Shown here one piece after another: positions 59,130 through 64,000 of a stretch of 64,000 bases of DNA; positions within the stretch are counted from its first letter, which is position 1, and each line of letters opens with the position of its first letter. Source of the DNA: Mobula hypostoma. Its lineage: Eukaryota. The notes below the pieces were generated by a model. That model saw only the letters and a list, made by a program, of their open reading frames with translations. It was not told the DNA's origin and searched no databases. The stretch lies in NCBI RefSeq assembly GCF_963921235.1, contig NC_086097.1:12896001-12960000 (forward strand). Reading direction: 5' to 3'. A program made the translations under genes and the position numbers.

Positions 59130-59486
59130 TTCGTTCTTTCATTCTGTGCTGTGCCATATGACTTGACTGATCATGACCACGATTGTTCTTGGCAAATCTT
59201 TCTACAGAAGTCGTTTGTCATTGCCTTCTTCTGGGCAGTGTCTTTACATTATCAATCCTGTTCAGTGATTGTCTGTCTGGTTTCAGTGGTTGCATAGCCA
59301 GGACTTGTGATATCCACCAGCTGCTCAGATGACCATCCACCACCTTCTCCCATGGTTTCACATGAGCCTGATATCAGGGGATCTAAGCAAGTGCTACACC
59401 CTGCCCAAGGGAGACCTACAGGTGAGTGGAGGGGAGGAGCACCTTACAACTTCTTTGGTAGAGATGTATCTCCAGCCTGTCACCCT
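59130..59486 (-). mobile_element. RTE-related short non-autonomous element
   Basis: Collinear with 4932-5306 and 13880-14248. Confidence 0.75.
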
Positions 59487-59779
59487 AATGCTGATTATTT
59501 TTCATTAAATTTCTTACATTCCTATTTTCCACTGAAACAATGCCACATCCTTTTTCCACAGAGAGCCCATATTCAACTTCACCACTTGCTCTCCCTTACT
59601 GAATCTAGAATATCCTTTCCTGTTAGCTTCAATGGCTATTTCAGGTATTTCTTATCTTTCTTTCAAATGCTTCTTAATACAGTATATTCTTTGACTTCAT
59701 TGTTTTCTCTTTTGTCTCCCGGTTTGCTGGATTCCATTTTGGTGACATTTACTCTGTCAGACTGTTATTTAGAGTCAAG

Positions 59780-60110
59780 GAGTCATTGAGCCATAGAGAA
59801 GTACAGCCCAGAAACATGCCATTCGGCCTATCTAGTCAGTGCCAAACCATTTGAACTGCACACTCCCATTGACCCTCATCAGGACCACTGACCTCCATAC
59901 CCCTATGATCCATGTACCTACGTACCTGTCTAAACTTCTCTTAAATGTTGAAATTGAGCTCACATGCATCACTTGCACTGGAGGCTCATTCCACACTCCC
60001 ACCACCCTCTGAGTGAAAAAGTTTCCCCCAAGTTTTCCTTGAACGTTTCACCTTTAACCTAAACTGCAGTGGACAAAGCCTGCTTGCATTTACCCTATCT
60101 ATACCCTACA
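59780..60110 (-). mobile_element. CR1 3' fragment
   Basis: 'attccacactcccaccaccctctgagtgaaaaag' is the reverse complement of FFTQRVVGVWN. Confidence 0.85.
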
Positions 60111-60229
60111 TAACTCATAAATTCATGCATGTATATAAAAGAAAAAAAAATCTATGCAAATCAAATTCGAAGAGCTCATCATTAAAACAAAGCATGAGAG
60201 ATTTTCAGGGTGAGAGCAATAAAACAACT

Positions 60230-60782
60230 TTACTACAAAGTCTCCTCAAGGGATGCCTACCCTGTAGGAGTTTAAATCTTCCCTTCGACGGGAGTTCAGC
60301 GATACTCTGTCTCTGCTTCCCCTCTGTGATCTCTGTTGCCCTCTGACTCTTCAGTTATGTCTCTTCTTGACCCACACCACAGCCATGAATCCTTCCTGGG
60401 AACTTGTCTTCACCACCATCTTGTGCCACCTGGCTTTCAGATCCTTCATCAAGCTTCTTGACTCGGACTCTCTGAGGACCCTAGCTAATCACATTCAATT
60501 GACTGCTTCTCCCACCACGTTCTACGCTTCATGCTTTCCGCCATGAGGAGGTAGTTGATGTTCCTATCCTGGTCACAGTTACAACTCCGGGAGTCTCTCT
60601 CCTCCACCTACAATGGACCTGTTCAATACTTTATCCTCTACTGGATCCATGGTTTCAATTCCCATTTCTTCACCTTGGAAGGGTCTAGGCCCGAAACCTC
60701 GACTGCTTACTCTTTTTCATAGATGCTGTCTGGCCTGCTAAGCTCCTCCAGCATTTTGTGTGTGTTGCACTGGATTTTCAGG
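60230..60782 (+). mobile_element. Probable Penelope 5'/N-terminal ORF remnant joined to a hammerhead-bearing terminal unit
   Basis: One frame from 60357 'HSHESFLGTCLHHHLVPPGFQ..LSAMRR..NGPVQYFILYWIH' with 3 stops; then 'gaagggtctaggcccgaaacctcgactg' and the standard unit. Confidence 0.5.
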
Positions 60783-61139
60783 GTGACAGCAGTGAAACAA
60801 CTTTACTAAAAGATCTCCATTCTGCAGTCCTTAGTGAAGATCTCCTTGATGGTTGGAATATATTTCATGACTTTGATTTTCAAGTGAAATGAAGTGTAAC
60901 ATGAGAATGGGAGACATGATTCAGAATGTGCTATGATTGTTATTTAGTCATTTAAAACAACTATCACAAAATTTAATAGTGCTTGTTCATCAATTCCAAG
61001 ACATATTACTTCAAACTGCAGAGTAGAAATTCATTGCCTTTATTACTGTCGTCTGCGGTGCCTCGAAGGAGAGCAAAGCAGCTGTGAAAAGTTTATGTTG
61101 AAACTCGTCATGGCCAGCAGATGATAAAAGTGACATTTA

Positions 61140-61690
61140 GGACATAGAGTATAGAACAGTAAAGCCCAGAAGCAGGCCATTCGGCCCACAATACTGTGCC
61201 AAACTAGATAAAAAGCAATCCAAAACATCCAAACACTAATCCCTCCTACTGACACAATGTCCATATGCCTCCATCATCCTTACATCCATGTGCCTATCCA
61301 AATGTCTCTTAAAAAGTTCTAATGTATTCGCCTCCTTCACCGCACCAGACAGTGCATTCCAGGCCCTTACGACTCTCTGAGTAACAAACTTACCCCTCAC
61401 ATCCCCCTTGAACCTACACCTTCAATGCGTGCCCTCTGGTATTAGACATTTCAACCCTGGGAAACAAATACCCCCTGTCTAGTCTATATATGCTGCTCAT
61501 AATCTTAAAAACCTCTATCAGATTTCCCCTCAGCCTCCAGCACTCCCAGAGAAAGCAATATAAGTTTATCCAGCCTCTCATGACAGCACATGCCCTCTAA
61601 ACCAGGAAGCACCCTCTTCTGCACCCTCTCCAAAGCCTCAAGACCCTTTCCATAGATGTGGCCAAACCAGAGTTTTACAAAGTTCCTGAA
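61140..61690 (-). mobile_element. CR1 3' fragment
   Basis: Reverse complement of 'RLRGNLIEVFKIMS..TRGHALKV..FVTQRVVRAWNAL'. Confidence 0.88.
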
Positions 61691-62304
61691 TATATTGTCA
61701 CAAGCACAAGGAGTTTACCTTTACCTATTCAAGCTGTTCAGTTGCTTCCATTTTATGAGAGACAAAATATCCTTTCTACATTTTACAATAACCCTAATAA
61801 TATGTGGTAGGGGTTTGTATGGAGGGCTGTGTTCCTGGTGCAGGTGAGTGGGTGTCGGCAAATGGATCCACATGGCCCAGGTAGGCTGCAGGGCCTGTTT
61901 CTGTGCTGTGTTTTCTAATACTCTATGACTCATTCAGATTTTGTAGATAAGAGTTAACCAATGAGATAGCCCCTATTCAAATAACGTGATAGTGGTGACT
62001 TTAACCACTACAAAAGCACTGAACAATTACATGTATATAGGTAATAATAAAAAAAAAGAAACAAGCATGGGAAAGTTAAACCACAAGGAAAGTTACAATT
62101 ACACAGCTGAATCAAAGATTTGTAGTACTGATAAGTGAGAGCAGGTAAGGATGGACAAAGAATACTCATGGAATTCACATCCTAAGGTTTGTGAGGGAAA
62201 AAAGATCTTTTGCCATCCAACATCACTATATAGTTTATTTATGTGAGTATTAGTTGAGTCCTGCTTTCCTATTCATAGAGGATACTTCTTAACTTTAACA
62301 TTGT

Positions 62305-62365
62305 GGCAAGATGGTGCCAGTGAACCATGGCGACGTTCTGCGGTCTACATACAATACTTCTAAAT
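62305..62365 (+). mobile_element. Isolated Rex1/Babar 5' end
   Basis: 'caagatggtgccagtgaaccatggcgacgttctgcgg' matches the 5' end of the 9793-12212 element. Confidence 0.55.
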
Positions 62366-62894
62366 ATTCTTAAATGAATCTCAAGTTCAAAGGTTAACAG
62401 GTTCATTTTATTGTCAAAGTATGTATGTACAATACAACTCTGATATTTGTATTCTCCAGATAGCCATTATGATGGGTGATGATGAAAAAAAGATATCAAC
62501 TCCCAACACTGCCCTCCCCTGGCATGAAAAAGAAAAGGAACAAAACTTGCAGACCCCAAAATCCCCCCCACCCTACAGACAAGACCATCGACAGTAGCAC
62601 CAAACCCCCAGCTCCAGCCCACACACAAAAAATTAACAGATCACCCACGCGATTTGAAACCAATACAAAGTACAGTCAATAATCACATATGGTGACATAT
62701 ATGTGCTTAGATAATAAATTTACTTTGAACTTTGAGCATTAAGTACTTCTGAATTTGTAATGAGACAAATTTTTTGCCGTCCAGATGTTACACTTCTTCC
62801 ACTTAATTTGACAGAAATGACTTTGGGGTATAAAACCCCAAGGTGTAGCCTTAATTACAAATAAGGCTTAACTTAAAACCAAAGGTATTTTTCC

Positions 62895-63090
62895 AGAGAA
62901 ACACGTCCAAAATGTGAGGAACTCAGCAGGTTCAGGCAGCATCAATGGAAAGGAATAAGCAGTTAGCGTCTCGCTCCAAAATGTTGACTGTTTATTCATT
63001 ACCATAGATGCTGTCTGACCTGCTAAGTTTCTCCAGCATTTTGAGTGTGTTCTGCTGGATTTCCAGCATCTCCAGAATCCTTTGCTTTGA
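62895..63090. mobile_element. Inverted pair of Penelope-derived terminal units
   Basis: 'ggaactcagcaggttcaggcagcatcaatgg' faces 'ccatagatgctgtctgacctgctaagtttc'. Confidence 0.7.
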
Positions 63091-63494
63091 TAATTTTCCA
63101 GCTTAGTGTGTTAAATTCTGAGGCAATGTGCATTCATGTTCAAAACTTCGCAAGTTCCTTCAATTACTCTCTTGAATACTTATTACAACCCTGAAAGAGG
63201 CCATTCAGCCCCTTGAATCTATGCCTGCTTGCAATAGGAACTTCCATCTCATTCTTTCTGGTCCTACTTCTCTTTAGCCTTGAAATTTTACTTCTCACAT
63301 TTACCAATGAACTTCCATTCGTTGTGTCCTAAAAGATAATTTAGCCTGTTAACTTAGTCTTTGTAGGGTGTGGGAGGAAAACAGACTACTGACAAAACCT
63401 CATATAGTTTTAGGAAAAATGTCCAGTCTCCAGCACATGAGATCAGGGTCTATCTAGGTTCCCTGAGCTGTGTGGAGGAGCACTATCTGCTGCA

Positions 63495-63612
63495 TACACA
63501 ATTAAACAGTAGTCTGTCTTTTTATGCCTTTTAAATTATTTCCATGAATCTTTGGCTAATTGGGGCAACCACTAATTGGGCCAAAATGTACTAGTCCCAA
63601 TTAATCAGCATT
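63495..63612. mobile_element. Possible Tigger/pogo-like DNA element terminal remnant
   Basis: Repeated 'ctaattggg' motifs and terminal 'gtcccaattaa'. Confidence 0.35.
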
Positions 63613-63614
63613 TA

Positions 63615-63895
63615 GGAAAGGGTTTAGATCAAGTGGAATGCCAAAGACTTTTTCCCTAGGGGAGAGATGGCTACTAAAGGGGATGTATTTTTAATGTGAT
63701 TGGAAGAAAGTATTAGGAATGCCAGATTTATGTTCTTTCGCAGAGAGTGGCGGGTGTGTGGAATGCCCTGCCAGGGGTCGTGGAAGTGGCAAATATATTA
63801 GGGGCATTTAAGAACAACTTACAAAGGCAGATGAATAATAGAAAAATGGAGGGCTATGTATTTATCTTTGAGTCGGTTAAAAGGCCAGCTCAGCA
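63615..63895 (+). mobile_element. Old CR1 3' fragment; a Rex1/Babar RT fragment begins at ~63900
   Basis: 'FFRREWRVCGMP' frame-shifted from FF.QRVAGVWNALP; 'aaaatggagggctatg'. Confidence 0.75.
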
Positions 63896-64000
63896 TCCGG
63901 GAACTCCCCATCCAATTGCGTTGAAAGACTGCTGTAGATTAGTGACACCACAGGCTATGCATATTGGAAATAATATCTCCTCCTCACTGGCACATCTCAA

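Noticed and set aside
1..64000. Multi-gene or prokaryote-style novel system built from the many short ORFs
   Set aside because: ORFs are short, and the recognisable ones are frameshifted retroelement or transposase fragments or their antisense frames.

Overview
This is AT-rich, repeat-dense vertebrate genomic DNA. The repeat set (V-SINE/HE1-type SINEs with CR1 tails, CR1 LINEs ending in (GAAACATA)n-type tails, Rex1/Babar, RTE, Penelope, Tc1/mariner, hAT, Harbinger) suggests a cartilaginous fish, probably a ray; this is inference. I found no recognisable host protein-coding gene, rRNA, tRNA gene or CRISPR array. The window looks like a long intron or intergenic tract, and most ORFs in the track are transposon fragments or chance frames. 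The largest elements are a near full-length decayed CR1 (23841-28447, minus; SGNH-esterase ORF1 plus APE/RT ORF2) and a 5'-intact Rex1/Babar LINE (9793-12212, minus). The most interesting signals are RNA-level: (1) a family of ~120-240 bp Penelope-derived inserts carrying a minimal type I hammerhead ribozyme motif, two with clear target-site duplications and a shared 3' end, and several arranged as inverted pairs; (2) an HDV-ribozyme-like motif order at the 5' end of an RTE-related short element present three times; (3) an 18-nt microexon candidate with consensus splice sites at 45767-45784. Family names come from motif recognition by eye, not database searches, and boundaries without a stated TSD or TIR are approximate.
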